Assembly (NCBI GenBank): GCA_000934665.2
Contig: KZ538307.1
Span: 1-64,000 of the forward strand
DNA length: 64,000 nt
Direction of reading: 5' to 3'
Source: Catajapyx aquilonaris
Taxonomy: Eukaryota
The notes below the pieces were generated by a model. It did not search any database. It was not told the origin of the DNA and saw only the letters and a program-made list of their open reading frames with translations. Position numbers and translations under genes: made by a program. Numbering within the stretch: the first letter of the stretch is position 1; the number at the start of each line of letters is the position of its first letter. Below, piece after piece: positions 63,201 through 64,000 of this stretch.

Positions 63201-64000
63201 TTTCAGGCAGGCCTATTGTGTGAGACTGTTGGTGGAGAAGCAGTTTGACCATTCTAGTCACTCTGGTGGTTAATCCATCTTCATCCAGTATTTCTGAATT
63301 TTTCCCTACCCGCCAGTCTGTGAGCTAAAGCATCCTTGATAGACAATGCAACAATCTGGGCATATTAAAGGCGAGGACACATCCGAGAAGTGTCAGACAG
63401 CCTTGGAGGATGTCCATGGGCTAGGATTAAATAGTAACTCAACTTTCTAATCTACTAAAGGTAAACAGGAACGATTTGCAAAGCGCGAAGAGCTTGCTGC
63501 TCATAGTTCATTCAAGAGTGCTTCCAAATGCTCTAAGTTTAGCCGGCGCCCATTGCACAGGTATAAACCCCAAGGCGGATGAATCGGACAAGAAGGAGAG
63601 TTACGGACATGTCCTGGAGGCTTCTAATTTATTTTGGTACCACTTCCGGTACAACTGGATGCCCTCCAAGCAGAGTCCGGATTTAATGGCGATATATGTC
63701 GAGGCCGTTTTGAGCATTTAGTGAGGGTAACGGTCTCTCTCTATTTCGCCATATTTTTTGAAGCAGGTGAATGCACTCGTGTTTACAAACTTTTACTGTT
63801 GATGTGTAAAAAAGAGGACAAAGGCTTAAGCGCCAGGCATAGCAACCGGGGCCACGTTTGCAAAACGTTGCTCACTGACTGTCACCAGCGGGAACATTGC
63901 GGGGGTATTGTATTTCCTCGTTATGATGCTGGTGATTGGATCCGAGTGGTATTTGGGGCCGAGGGAGAATTGGCAAAGGGCTGACGACCTTCACCATCTG

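Noticed and set aside
1..64000. CRISPR arrays, operons, rRNA or prokaryotic defence systems
   Set aside because: The DNA is spliceosomal-intron eukaryotic sequence; no repeat-spacer periodicity or rRNA motifs were seen.

Overview
Eukaryotic, intron-containing genomic DNA from an arthropod, probably an insect (inferred from 57-77 nt minimal introns, tRNA-derived SINEs and a DINE-1-like element). Genes reconstructed by hand from GT-AG splice sites and reading-frame phase, in order: (1) the 3' end of an LRR/F-box-like gene; (2) a 10-exon HADHA (mitochondrial trifunctional enzyme alpha, + strand, about 790 aa) with an unusual C-terminal extension ending -ASL; (3) three neighbouring motile-cilium/sperm-axoneme genes, CFAP95/C9orf135 (-), RSPH10B (-) and CFAP65 (+), the last two head-to-head, with RFX X-box-like motifs upstream; (4) a Neto-like CUB-CUB-LDLa-TM gene with two coding exons; (5) a probable promoter and first exon of an unidentified gene near 51 kb, followed by long non-coding DNA. 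The most striking architecture is the Neto-like gene lying on the SAME strand inside the 11.3-kb intron between CFAP65 coding exons 1 and 2. Its poly(A) signal abuts the host 3' splice site, and all four host/guest splice sites are phase 0. Introns carry many foldback/MITE elements (including a three-layer nested palindrome in HADHA intron 1) and five TSD-flanked modular SINEs. Homology calls rest on recalled family motifs, not database searches.
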